A stretch of DNA of 64,000 bases from Psammoneis japonica (taxonomy: Eukaryota), in NCBI GenBank assembly GCA_008632985.1, contig QPGO01000075.1:2517-66516 (forward strand), written 5' to 3'. The notes beneath the pieces are model-generated. The model was not told where the DNA came from. It did not search any database and was given only the letters and a program-made list of their open reading frames with translations. Position 1 is the stretch's first letter. Each line of letters begins with the position of its first letter. This document shows positions 49,472-60,709 of the stretch, piece after piece. The translations under genes and the position numbers were made by a program.

Positions 49472-52400
49472 CACTCCCCCATGATCAGGGCCGTCAAGTG
49501 ACAGAATGTCTTGCTGGTGATGGGGCACAATCTGCTGCAGATCACACGTGTCCATCAGCACTCCGTTCTGGACACGCAACGTGCCGTTGTCACACACACG
49601 GACAACTCTGGCGGGTCCTGCATGGCTGTCAGAACCGCACTCAGAGGATTGTTCCTGTTTGACAAGCACCAACTGCCCTGCGGTGTGTTGATGCTCCTTG
49701 CGTTTCTGATTTTCACGCTTGTTGTTTAAGTGGGCAAGCTTCTGCTTTCTGGTTTCCATGCACTTCCACTTGGCACGATGGGCAACAGACAAAACCGCAT
49801 CGCGTCCGAAGACCAATTGCACGGGACTTGCACGCGTGGTCGTGTGCACCGCAGCTCCAATGGCGAAGGCTGCTGCGGAGAGGATGCCACTCCATGGGTC
49901 ATCTTCGTCCAGTTCCATGTCCTGTGCTGAAAAGGAACGTGCCATGTTGCCAAGTGTCTGGTGCACACGTTCCACTGTGGCATTTGCCTGTGGATTCCGT
50001 TTGCTCATGGGTTTCTTCAAAATCCCACAGTCATTTTTAATCATCTGGCCAAATTCTGCCACAAATTTTGTCCCACGGTCACAAACCACCTGGGTTGGCC
50101 ACGGACATCTGCACAGCCACGTTTGTTCCACGATGTTTGCTGCGACGTCTGCGCGTTTCGTAGACACTTCTTTGATCTCGAACCACCTGGTTGCTGGGTC
50201 AATCATTGTGACTGCCCACAATTGCAAGGTGTCCTTTCCGCGTCTTTGAATTTTGTGTGGCCCCATCGTGCCCATGCATGGAGTTTCCCATGGAATTGTC
50301 TCTGTGACCTTTTCTGGTGGCTTCCCATGACGCTGCGTTTGGCGTTTTGTCTTCTGGCATCGATCGCACTTAACGCACGTAGAATGCACCGTAGACCTCA
50401 TGCCAGGCCAACAGAAGTGCTGGGCAACAGACATTTCCGCATGTGTCTCACCTGGATGACACAGTGTCTCGTGGTGCCATTCAGTTAGCGGAACCTGCAA
50501 TGACTGTGGTGCTGTGATTTTGTCCTTATGACAGATTGACTGTCGTGATGACCCTCCCCCACGACACGCGTGAATGGAGCAGTCGGACGAGTCCTTGGCT
50601 CTTGAGAGCAGGCGCTTGTCCTTTTGTTGTGCTTTTTGAATGCGCTTGAAGCTAATGGGCAGAGACAGCTCATCTTGAGCGTCTGCATTAAAGGCTTCAT
50701 GCAAAGGACGACTCGATGGAGTGTCTTTTACATCCGGATTGGCCTCGGAAGGCAAGCTGGGTGCTGGTCGAAGGCGACTAAGAGCGTCAGCGACTGGGTT
50801 GTGGGTGCCCTTAACACAGCGTAATTCGGGACCGCATTCTTCGCATGTCAACTGCCAGCGCATGACGCGCTCGGCATTGAACACTTTGTGCGCAAGATTT
50901 TTATGATCGGCACATGTGATCACACGATGACCAAGGAGAATCGTTCGAAATTCTTTCAACGTCTCCACAATGGCGAGCAATTCTCTCTCCGTTGTTGCAT
51001 GATTTAATTGCGCACTGTCAAGCTTTCTGCTGTAAAAGGCGACAGGTTTATCATCTTGGGACACAACTGCTCCCAATTGACATTTAGAGGCATCGGCGTG
51101 CATCTCAAAGGGTTTGTTGAAATCAGGATGTGACAGTGAAACATCATCCGACATCACCCGTTTGACGGTTTCGAACGCCTCGTCTTCAACGGACGTCCAT
51201 TCCCACTTGACAGTCTCGCTTGCGAGTCGTGTTAGCAGAGCCAAGACTTCAGAACGTCCAATCCACGTGTCGCGGCAGCAGTTCACCATGCCAACAAATG
51301 AACGCAGGTCGCGTTTGTTGGTTGGGGTCGCGATTCGCTCAATGGCGTCGACTTTGTTGGGTGTTGGTCGTGCTCCGTCTCTGTCAACCAGACAACCCAA
51401 GTGTTCTAATTGGGTTTGACAGAAGTGAGATTTAGTTGTGTTGACTTTTAGTCCTGCTTTCTGGACCCTCAACAAAACTTCTTCAAGTTTGTTGAGGTGA
51501 TCTTCACAGGTGCCTTTCGTCACGACGAGAAGGTCATCTAAGTGCGTTCGAACGAACGACAGATCTTCAAATGAGCCTGACATGCGTTCTTGGAAAATGT
51601 CTGGCGAACCACACAATCCCATGGGCAATGCCTGCATCTCACACTTGCCCCACGGGAAGATGAGCGTGCAGAGCTTCTTGCCATCAGCATCCAATCAGAT
51701 GTGACAACAGCCCATGTTTAAATCCAGCGATGTAGCCCACATAAAGCCTTCGAGCTCAAGTGGCACATCTTGGACATGAGGAATCGGGTGAGGCAATCGC
51801 TCAATCCGTTTGTTCAGCTCTCTGAAATCATTGATGAAGCGCACCGTTAAATCTTTCTTCGGCATGACAAATGATGGAGCTGCCCATTGGGATCGGCTGA
51901 CGCGTTTGAGAACACCGATGCGCACTGGGCGCTCTACTTCCTCACGCAGCGTAGCTTCGTGTGCACGAGGTGCTTTACACGGACGAGCGTGGTGTGGTTC
52001 TGCACCCTCCTTGAGTTGGACATGGCAGGGTTCTCCCTTCCATTCTCCCAATGTCCCATCAAATGAGGACTCATGGCGTTTCAACAGTGCCAAAAGGTCG
52101 TTTTGTTGAACCACAGAAAGTCCCATTGCCCCTCGCGTCATGTCCTCGAGGCAGGCCGGCGCGCACTTGGCGTCTGAAATGCGCGAAATCCGGTCGGTTT
52201 CCGAAGATGAGGCTTCTGGATCTTGAAGATAGAAGGAGGTTTCCACCGCAGCATCTGCGTGCCTCATTGGCACTTCTCCATTGACCAATGGCCACTCTGT
52301 CATCTGTTTAGAGAAGACAACGTCAATGCCTTGTGTCTCCAGAATGTCACGTCCAACAATCATGTCGCACTTGCCCAACTTTCCGTTGTGTGCGTGGACG

Positions 52401-52720
52401 GCATGCTTGGGTTCTGCAGTTTCGGATAATTCTGGCAACCGAAATTTAACGGTGCAGTCGTCAGACGTGCCAAACGAGCCTGCTGCCGTGGTCCAGTTTG
52501 TCTCAGCCATTGAATGGCTTCGCAGACGTTCACAGCATCGACTGTCGAGCAGAGCACTGCCAGCGCCACCATCTGGTGGTGCCTCAATGGTTTGAGTCTT
52601 GCCCTTGCCATGTTTGGCATTCACAGCCACAAACAAGATTGGAGTGAGATGAGTCTTTTTAACTCGTTTGCGGGATTGGCCTACAACACGTGTACGATGG
52701 CAATTCAGTTGTTCATTCAC
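49439..52720 (-). pseudogene. pol: pol (protease, reverse transcriptase, RNase H, integrase) with an in-frame TGA at 51695-51697
   Basis: SQWAAPSF, RFINDFRELN, LPMGL, HLDD (for YLDD), DAS..LGAV, ERELLA, VADALSR, DRG..F and VERVH. The two ORFs are in the same frame, separated by one TGA (probably from CGA). Confidence 0.93.
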
Positions 52721-52768
52721 ACATTCATCTGATGTGTTAAAACTGCCTGTGTTGTGTCGGCCCCCTTC

Positions 52769-53812
52769 TCAGGCGTCCGAATCTTCGGAATCACTTAAGT
52801 TGAGGTCACGGAAGTGATTGAGCTCCTCCTCGCGGGCCTTGCGCTTTTTCTGAGCGTTGGCAAAACACTCCTCGACCTTCGATCCGATGAGAGCATCAAT
52901 GTCTTCCTCATTCCGAGGTTTTGCATTGGGCTTGCCGCCTCCGTCATTGGAATGTCCAGTCTTGACACGTTTCACGTGGTGCTCAAGCTGACGGCAATCT
53001 TCCGCATCATGTCCACAGTCAGTCCCGTGTGGCATGCACGACTTCTGGGTGTTCCGCTGGGTCGTGATCAACGACTCAGGATTGTCCATTCTACGTCCCT
53101 GCTTACGTGGAACCTCAGCATGTTGGTCCTGGTTACCTTCGGCAAGCTCGACCTGCTCGATGCGCTCGCAGAACTGTACAAATTCGGCGATGGCATGCGC
53201 CAACGGGTCAAAATTCTGTAGCGTCATGAACTTCTGCCATGCGTTCGGCACACCGCACTCGAACATGTCGCACAGTTCGTCATCAGGTGATGGTGCCGGT
53301 GTTTCTCCATCCTCCATCACGGGTGGAAACTGAGAGATGCAGCCGTTAATTTCAACAGCCCTCGCGACGCAGTCACGAGTAGAAACCTCTGCGGGCTTGC
53401 GCATGAAGCGCCGCAGATGACGCTTCTGCAGCAGCACCGCCCCATTTGGGAAGATGCTTTCCTTTAGCTTCGCGACGCATGCTGCGCACGCAGCGTTGGT
53501 TTGGGACGCCTGCTTGTCAGCGGCATCATCAAATGACGTCAGAGCATCGCCCTGTAGTGAGTCACGCATGAGGGCAAATTTCGCTGGCCCGGTCGTGATG
53601 TTTTGTCCTTCGTGCACGCGATCCACGTTGCGTGGAAAGATTGGGAGTGTCTCGCATGTAGCCGCAGAAAGGTGCGGGATGCCCATCTCTTGCGTTGGAC
53701 TGTCCGGATCAGTGGGGTTGTTACACAGCTTGTATGTCTGGTGCTCGCCCTGCTGCAGCTCTTTCTTCTCTGGCCATGCGAACAGAATCGGCGGCTCAAT
53801 CCGCTTCTTCAT
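52769..53812 (-). pseudogene. gag: gag-like ORF
   Basis: ORF between the 5' LTR and pol, with QKRHLRRFMRKP and a CxxHG..GH....C knuckle-like motif. Confidence 0.75.
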
Positions 53813-53906
53813 GGTCGTTTTGAGATTTGTCGGTCCCACCAACATTTCGTAGTTTCGTTTCTGTAGATTTCATTGCCTTGCACAACATGCGGGAGTGATG
53901 TCACTG

Positions 53907-54338
53907 TGCCCCATGCATGTGCCAGGCGCTGAAAAAGAAGATGTGTTGCGACTTTGTCGTTGTGAAAATTGTGAGCTGGTTTAGAGTAGAGAAAATGGGA
54001 TCGTGCGAATGGGGAATCTTGCCAAATCCCTGTTCGTTCGCATTTGGATCGCATTAAATCGATCGTGCGTTCGCATTGTGGATCGTGCGAATCAAGCCAT
54101 CACGCGCCATGCACGAGTGATGTCATCGTGTGGAATCACGCCACCATCGTGGGCCAGACGATGGGCTAGTGTGCTTCACACGGATGCTCTCTTGGCATCC
54201 TTCTGGAATTGCCTGAGACCTGGAGCCATGCCCTCCTGTGGTCGTGCTTCCCAGGTGCGTGTTAACAACTCTGCGTTGCCACGCACAAGAGGCTCATGCA
54301 CGGTCTCGCCGTGTTGTCCAGTGGCGAGGCATGCTGCA
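53907..54338 (-). repeat. 5' LTR
   Basis: Match to 49040-49471. Confidence 0.92.
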
Positions 54339-54619
54339 CTGTTCTCTGATTGAAATGCCAGCACACAACATTCGTGCCGGGCCAACACATCCAAAAAAAT
54401 CCACCCTCGGTTCTACCCTGTAGAGAGCAGCACTCATCCTGTGGGGAAGAAGACCAACCCGTGGCCATCAGTGGAGAAGCTACGTGCTAGCAATCAACCT
54501 GCGCAAACCCCACACGAGGAGTTGAACCCGAAAAAAAACTCCAAGACGAAGCGAGCGACGCTCAAAAAACACCGCGCCGTCACCTTGACCATGGCCTTTG
54601 AATGCCCGTAGTTCTGCTC

Positions 54620-55350
54620 GGCACCCATTGCAGCAAAGGTGTGAATGCCAACATTGACTGATGAGACTGTGAAAAAAATGATGCTTGCTTTGGATTTTTT
54701 GCTTGCCCTTGCCTTTTGGGTGTTTGATGACTTTTGCTGCAAGAGAGGAAACACGCGGCGCCACCGCGTCGGTGACAGCAGCGTTGACATTTCTGCTCGG
54801 TGATTTGAGGACAAAGGTGAGAATGCCAATGCTTGCCAAACTTAGCTGTAAAAATCGCATGGTTGTGTTTGCACTCATTGCAAAGCCCGCATTTTGGGCG
54901 TTTGATGCTTTTTTCTGAGGCACAGCTTTTCTCTCACTTTTTCCATTGTTTTGTGGTCGCTCACAGGTCTGCCCGGCACCCATTGCAGCAACGGCATGAA
55001 CACCGCTACGGATTAACATGACTGTGGAAAAAAATGATGCTTGCAGTGGATTTGTTGCTGCTCCTCACCTCTTGGGTGTTTCGCGACTTTTGCTCCCAGA
55101 GAGGACACTGACAGGACTGCCGCGTCTGACACAGTGGCATTCACAATCAAGCTCAGCTTCGGACTGCAAAGGTGAGAACAACAAAATTTGCTAACAATGA
55201 TGTCGAACATGTGATGGAAATGTTTGTTTGTTGCACACATCTCATGTTTTGTGCGTTTGATGATTGTCAAGTGTGGCGCAGTTTTTTCCTCACAGTTTCT
55301 CCTGTCTCGCCGTCGCTGACAGGCCCACTCGGCACCCATTGCAGCATGGG
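54620..55350. repeat. Diverged ~355-bp tandem repeat (2 units plus the start of a third)
   Basis: GGCACCCATTGCAGCA at 54620, 54975 and 55331; ACTGTG(G)AAAAAAATGATGCTTGC near 54666 and 55021. Confidence 0.8.
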
Positions 55351-56310
55351 CGCCAAGGTGAATACGGACCAAATAGTTATAAAAAAATGCACCTCAAGCC
55401 AAGGATGCGGAACAATCTGTTTAAAGATCAACGGCAGCAACCCTTGGTCGTGCCTTCCGCGCTGGGGAGCAGCTTGTTTTCTTCTCAAGCTGGTGGAAGT
55501 GCAATGAGGTGCTGATTGTTCCTTGGGCTAATGCAATTGTTTAGTAACATTTAAATATAAAATTCACAACAGTGATCTCAAACAGGTGCTTTGGAGCTTG
55601 TCAAAGTTGAAAGCAGTGCAAGTCGTTCGTCTGCTTTCCCACAGGGAGTGTGAAGGTTTCTGCTGCACTCAGGACGCCTGTGAGTGCTGCTTGCCATGCC
55701 ACCATAGATGCAGTTGGCATTGGTGCAGTTGCCGGGGTTGCATGCGGCAACGCTCATGGTTGAGATGCCGCATTGAGACGAGTAGAACTTTCGAGTATTT
55801 TTTTTGTTCCTCCCGTCGCACTCGACATCACGCACCAAGGACAGACTGTTTAGATCGCGCGAAAGGGGCGCGCAGGGTAGAATTTTTGGCTCCGAAAATT
55901 CTACTGTGCCTTCTACCTGAGTGGAATAAACAGTGGATGTACGGTAGATCTTTTTAGAAGATACTAACACCGTATTGTCATTTTTACATACGAGAATTCC
56001 ACTTTCCAGTAGAAAAATACTCCTTGGGTAGAATTTTGGGTGTAACGGTACGGTACTCTACACTATCTACTATCCGCGAGTCGTACCCGCGACCAAAGCA
56101 AATCTTCGAAGTTCACGCAGTTCAACAATGAAAAACGTGTACGGTAAATCAGGGAGCGGGTGTTCGATGATGTTCGATTGCGAAGATGCAGAGATAGAAC
56201 AACCGCGGACGTTGCTTTTCCCATTAGACCTTTGATAAAGCTTCTCTTGGAGCGAATCCAAGAGCTAACCTTTAGCAGTAGCAGAGCTGTTCGGAGTTGG
56301 AAAAGTAACG

Positions 56311-57426
56311 ATGAAGCTTCTTCAAAGTTTTCGTCTGTTCTGTTTTTCCATGCTGCTTCTCTTTTCAAGCATGACGGCAATTGCAACCAACAACAACTGC
56401 AGTCCAGAAGAAGGAACATGTCCAGTGTACGATGTTCTTGGTGAACCATCTGAGTTCACAGAATCTACCACCGGAGTCAAGTTGGCGGTTCGTCGATGGG
56501 TCCCGGAGGACATTAAAAGCGCCATCTTGTTTGTACATGGTGGAGCTGGATGGCACACTGGATATTCAGAGATCATGGGTAGATCTATGCAAAAGGCTGG
56601 TATCGCCGTTGTCGCGTTTGATAGCATAGGTAGCGGATACAGTGAGGGCATGAATGGCGGTTTGCGAAATTATTTCGATTCAATCGACACTCTCGTCAAT
56701 GATGTCACAATGATGATGGACAAGGTGCGATCCGAGTACCCAAACAAGAAAGTTTTCTTGATGGGGGAAAGCTTTGGATGCTTTGTGCTTATATCGCAGA
56801 TATTAAAGGAGCAAAAGAGTCCGGACGGAAGTCTGGCGGATGGCTACATTTTTACGGGCCCCGTGGTCAAGATATTACGTAAGTCCGTCTTTGAAAATGC
56901 ATCGTTTGCAAACCTCATAGAGCCGCCATGGCCCGCTCACTCTAACATTGCTACTTATCATCTTTACTGTAAAGCCGAGATGCTACCACCCAGACCCGTC
57001 ATTGCGGTTCTAAGGTTTCTGGCACGCTTTTTCCCAATGCTCACCACACCCGGTACTGACTTTTTCAGTACGTTCGACCTGGCTTTTGGGGACAAGGGCT
57101 GGGCCCAAACAGGACGGAACGATCCAATGATTCAGGAAGCAGCTATTGCTCCACCCAAAGTGGGGATGGCCGCGTCTGTCCTTACATATATGAACAACAA
57201 TTATGACTCGTTGCAAGAGGTTAACGTTCCTTTCAAAATATTCATGGGAGAGAACGAGCTCCGCGTGGATGTAGAAGCTGTGAAACACTTTGCGAGAGTG
57301 GCTTCGTCCACTGATAAGGAAATTGAGATTATCGAGGGTGGTTATCACCAGCTTTTCCAAGATGTCCCTGAAGTTACTCAACAAGTGTGTCAGAAAACGC
57401 AGCAGTGGACATTGGCTCGTTCCTGA
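56311..57426 (+). CDS. Alpha/beta hydrolase, monoacylglycerol lipase/lysophospholipase-like, with a signal peptide-like N-terminus
   Basis: LFVHGG, DSIGSGYSEG, GESFG nucleophile elbow and GGYHQLF. In-frame intron at 56879-56974. Confidence 0.88.
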   Translation: MKLLQSFRLFCFSMLLLFSSMTAIATNNNCSPEEGTCPVYDVLGEPSEFTESTTGVKLAVRRWVPEDIKSAILFVHGGAGWHTGYSEIMGRSMQKAGIAVVAFDSIGSGYSEGMNGGLRNYFDSIDTLVNDVTMMMDKVRSEYPNKKVFLMGESFGCFVLISQILKEQKSPDGSLADGYIFTGPVVKILRKSVFENASFANLIEPPWPAHSNIATYHLYCKAEMLPPRPVIAVLRFLARFFPMLTTPGTDFFSTFDLAFGDKGWAQTGRNDPMIQEAAIAPPKVGMAASVLTYMNNNYDSLQEVNVPFKIFMGENELRVDVEAVKHFARVASSTDKEIEIIEGGYHQLFQDVPEVTQQVCQKTQQWTLARS

Positions 57427-59488
57427 CGAAAGAATAGAGAAGTAGACGCGTTTATGGGATGTCAGCTAGAGGGCATTATAGTGGACTTATTCTTATTGCT
57501 TTATCTGTCTTTAGCTCCCATGTAGGGTCCATCTCAGCATGTCTCTAGAGAGCCGCAAGAGAGCAGGAAAATTAGAAGAATCAGTGGGATGTCAACATGA
57601 CTCAGACACAATTGAGCATGACCAACATTGTTTTGATGAACCGAGGCAAGGTTCAACATTTAGACAAAGCATTGTCTCCCTCTCCCACACAATCATTTAA
57701 TTTTTTTGACATGATGCTGAAGATCCAGTGCATCACCCATGATGTCTCAAACCCTCACAAACTGTTTTGCACCTCTTTGCATCTGATGCAAAAGTCCTGC
57801 AACTTGATCATTGCCGCACGATGGCAGGAAAGCACAATCATTTGATTCCCACAGCTGCAAAAGATGCACAGGTTCAATGGATGCTGTGATGATGCATGTG
57901 ATTGTTTGTGGTGCTGGGATTGCTGGTTTTTTAATTGCCCAATTTGCACCACTGCCCAGACCTTTGGTGTGGAGTCATGGTGCTGGAACAATGCAACAAC
58001 AACAAGACCAGCATGGAGAAAGGTTTGCAAGGCACAGACAGCCCACCACAATCCAAAGTCAACCACAGCTCTTTTTGGGGTGCTGGTCCATGGTGGGTCA
58101 GCTTCTTGATTGGCAATGACCACATGCACATTGAAATGGCTTGGAAAACATGGCAAAACACAGATGCAGTGTTGTCCAGCACAAAGATTTGGTGTGGGTG
58201 TGGTCAGAGAAGTCTGCATTTTGGGGTGGCTTCCTTTTGGTTTTGGGTTGGAACTTTGTGCTGGTGTTTGTCAAACATTTTCTGCATTGGCACCACATTG
58301 TGGGCAAGGGCTCCATCAAGGAATTGCAGTTCTTGCAGCGGGTGGGGTGCACAGTTGAGAAAAATGGGGGTGCCGCAAGTTGGACTTCCAAAACAAGGTC
58401 ATTGGGAATGGCTGCACAGGAATTTTTGCTGGCAAGAATGAGAGTGCTGCCTTGCACACAGACACACAATTCTGGGGCACTTGCTTCTTGCGGATCAAAA
58501 GAGTCTCCAATTCGGGTGCTGATCTAAAGTGACTGCTGTTGAAAAAATGAAAATGGCATGTCGCGCATGTCTGTGTGCTGCAAGATGGCATGAGAGGGAG
58601 TGCTTGCTGCAGGGCCAAAATGTTTGGCTCTAGCCAGCAAAACAGTCCAGAGCTCAGCAGCAGCTGAGCCTGCTGCAATCCAGGCCACCAGATGTGAGCC
58701 AAGAATGAGTGCTTTGCCTGCCCTGCATGTTGGCTGCTGGAAGCACCACAAAGCACAAAGATGGTTAAATCTGCCACTGCACCACTTGGCCTTGTTGGGG
58801 CACCAGCCAACTTTCATGTGGGTTTCCTGCCAATCATGAGCCAAACACACACCAAAGAACAATGAGAACCTTGCCCAGCTGTCTGCTTGGGCATTTGGGC
58901 AAGAGATTGCACAGGAGAAGAAATGAGAAGGAACTTAAAATTTCTTTTGTGGTCAGGGCACAGTGGTGCACATTTTTCAAACCTGGCCAACTTGCAATTT
59001 TGCCACAGACTGGCGATGGCCTGCATCCAACAGCTGGGCTTTCCACCAGTTCTTGATGAGGTGAAGTGCCATGATGAGCCAATCAGAGCCCACTCCTGCA
59101 ATTTGCAACACTCTGCTCATGAGGCAGCATTGCCCCCGGTCCATCCTGCCATCAAATGGCATGACAAAAAAAAACAGAGCTGTTTTTAAGTGCCATCACT
59201 CCTTTGCCAGCTGGGCTGGTGCCGGCTGACCCACACTCCCAGTGCACAGTTAAGTGTGGCAGAAGCTTGCGCTGGATCAGCCGGGGTGGGCATCACCAGA
59301 AGATGACACCCCACCAAGATGACTGAAAAGGAATGATTCACACGAGGGATTTGTTGCACGCTTGTTGATGACAGCCACAAAAGGCACACCACAACTGCAA
59401 CGGACAATTGCACTCAGATGGGTTTTTAAAACAGTCCACAAAAGGAGCCTTGAAGGTGAGACGAGCAGGTCATTAGAGAAAATGTTCT

Positions 59489-59960
59489 TGACACGTAGAA
59501 ACAACACTGAGTCTTGCGTGGAAAAGCCGATGAGAGCAGCAAACCAAAGACCATCAAATGGCATCACAGGACAACTTGCATTCTTGCTGAAAAGGGCTGC
59601 AAAAGAAGCAGCACATTCACCACAAAGAGCGAAGCACTTGATTGCACGGTGGAGAAAAGAAGAGAGGTTGAAGACCGATTGGCAAGGACAAAAGCAGTCC
59701 AGAGAAGTGACACACAGACAGTCAGAGGTGACACGTAGAAACAACACCAGATCTTGCATGGAAAGACCAACGGGAGTGGCAAATTAACAACAATCAAATG
59801 ACTCCAAAGGACAACCAATGTTCTTGCTGAAAAGGGCCGCAACAGAAGTGGTGCTTGCACCATAAAGAGTGAAGGACTTGATTGCATGGCAAGGAAAAGA
59901 AGCAGCATTGAGGACCAATTCGCAAGGACAAAAGCAGGCCAGAGAAGTGACATGCAGCAG
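59489..59960. repeat. 240-bp tandem duplication
   Basis: TGACACGTAGAAACAACAC at 59489 and 59729, with shared TTCTTGCTGAAAAGGGC and GCAAGGACAAAAGCAG blocks. Confidence 0.85.
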
Positions 59961-60411
59961 ATCGTCCGGCATCTGCAGATCCGCGTAGAATTTGCACTAG
60001 AACCTGTGTAGAAAATTTTCTGAGACAACAGAAAATTTCAAGAAATGACAACCAGCACACGAACCAAAAGGCCGGGACACTCGTCGTTTTTCCACTGATG
60101 AACTTTGCTCATCATGCTGCAACAAGGATGTGCCATTGGTGAACATGGACAGAATGGGCTTGTTGGAGCCAAATCAACACCATCTGAGAAGGGTGACATC
60201 AGTGCAAGAAGGTGCATGGAAACCTGCGCAGAAGCTGAGGGTGTGCAGCTGATGTCGAAAAGTGTCAAATGGCATGACAGAGCATGATCACTTCCCCAGC
60301 AGAGAAAGTGCTGCCTTGGGCCCAATTGCTCAAGCAGCCAAAGACATGGCACAAGAACCTGGGGAGGGCACCTTGGCATTGGATCAGCAATCTGCCAGTC
60401 TGTTTGGCATC

Positions 60412-60709
60412 ACTTGTTGCAAGAGGTCAGCACTCCTCTCAGACATTTGTGGGAGAAAATGAGCTCCAAGTGGACGTGGAAGCTGCAGATTGCTTTGCGA
60501 GAGCAGCTTCATTTCTTGCTGTCAAGGAAGTTGGCATTGTCCAAGAGCAGGTGTCCCCAGCATTTCCAAGATGTCCCAAAGTTGTTCAACAAGCACGCCA
60601 AAGTGCACAGCAGCAGAGATGCTGGCTTGTTCCTGACAAGAGAACAGAGAAGCAGATGTGCTCTCATCCTCTGTCTCGGGGCATGTCTGGAGAGCCATGA
60701 GAGAGCAGG
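60412..60709 (+). pseudogene. Decayed duplicate of the lipase 3' end and 3' flank (57206-57567)
   Basis: Colinear similarity: TTGCAAGAGGT, GAGCTCC..GTGGA, CTTTGCGAGAG, TTTCCAAGATGTCCC and GTTCCTGAC; peptide FVGENELQVDVEA vs FMGENELRVDVEA. Confidence 0.88.

Larger units (their letters stand above)
49040..54338 (-). mobile_element. Full-length Ty3/gypsy LTR retrotransposon, inactivated
   Basis: 432-bp TG..CA LTRs at 49040-49471 and 53907-54338; gag then PR-RT-RH-INT order; PPT GGGGGAGTG next to the 3' LTR; flanks CTAT and CTGT. Confidence 0.95.

Noticed and set aside
49439..52720. Alternative genetic code or RNA editing explaining the C/H-for-Y pattern
   Set aside because: Host genes use TAY, TGY and CAY normally. 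The changes occur on both strands and in non-coding LTRs, TIRs and TSDs.
53881..53906. tRNA primer-binding site of the gypsy element
   Set aside because: The sequence after the 5' LTR (CAGTGACATC...) lacks a clear TGG start; no tRNA could be assigned.
46330..56070. Exact termini/TIRs for the Myb-bearing element, and for 14.1-18.5 kb
   Set aside because: No convincing inverted pair or TSD found by eye.
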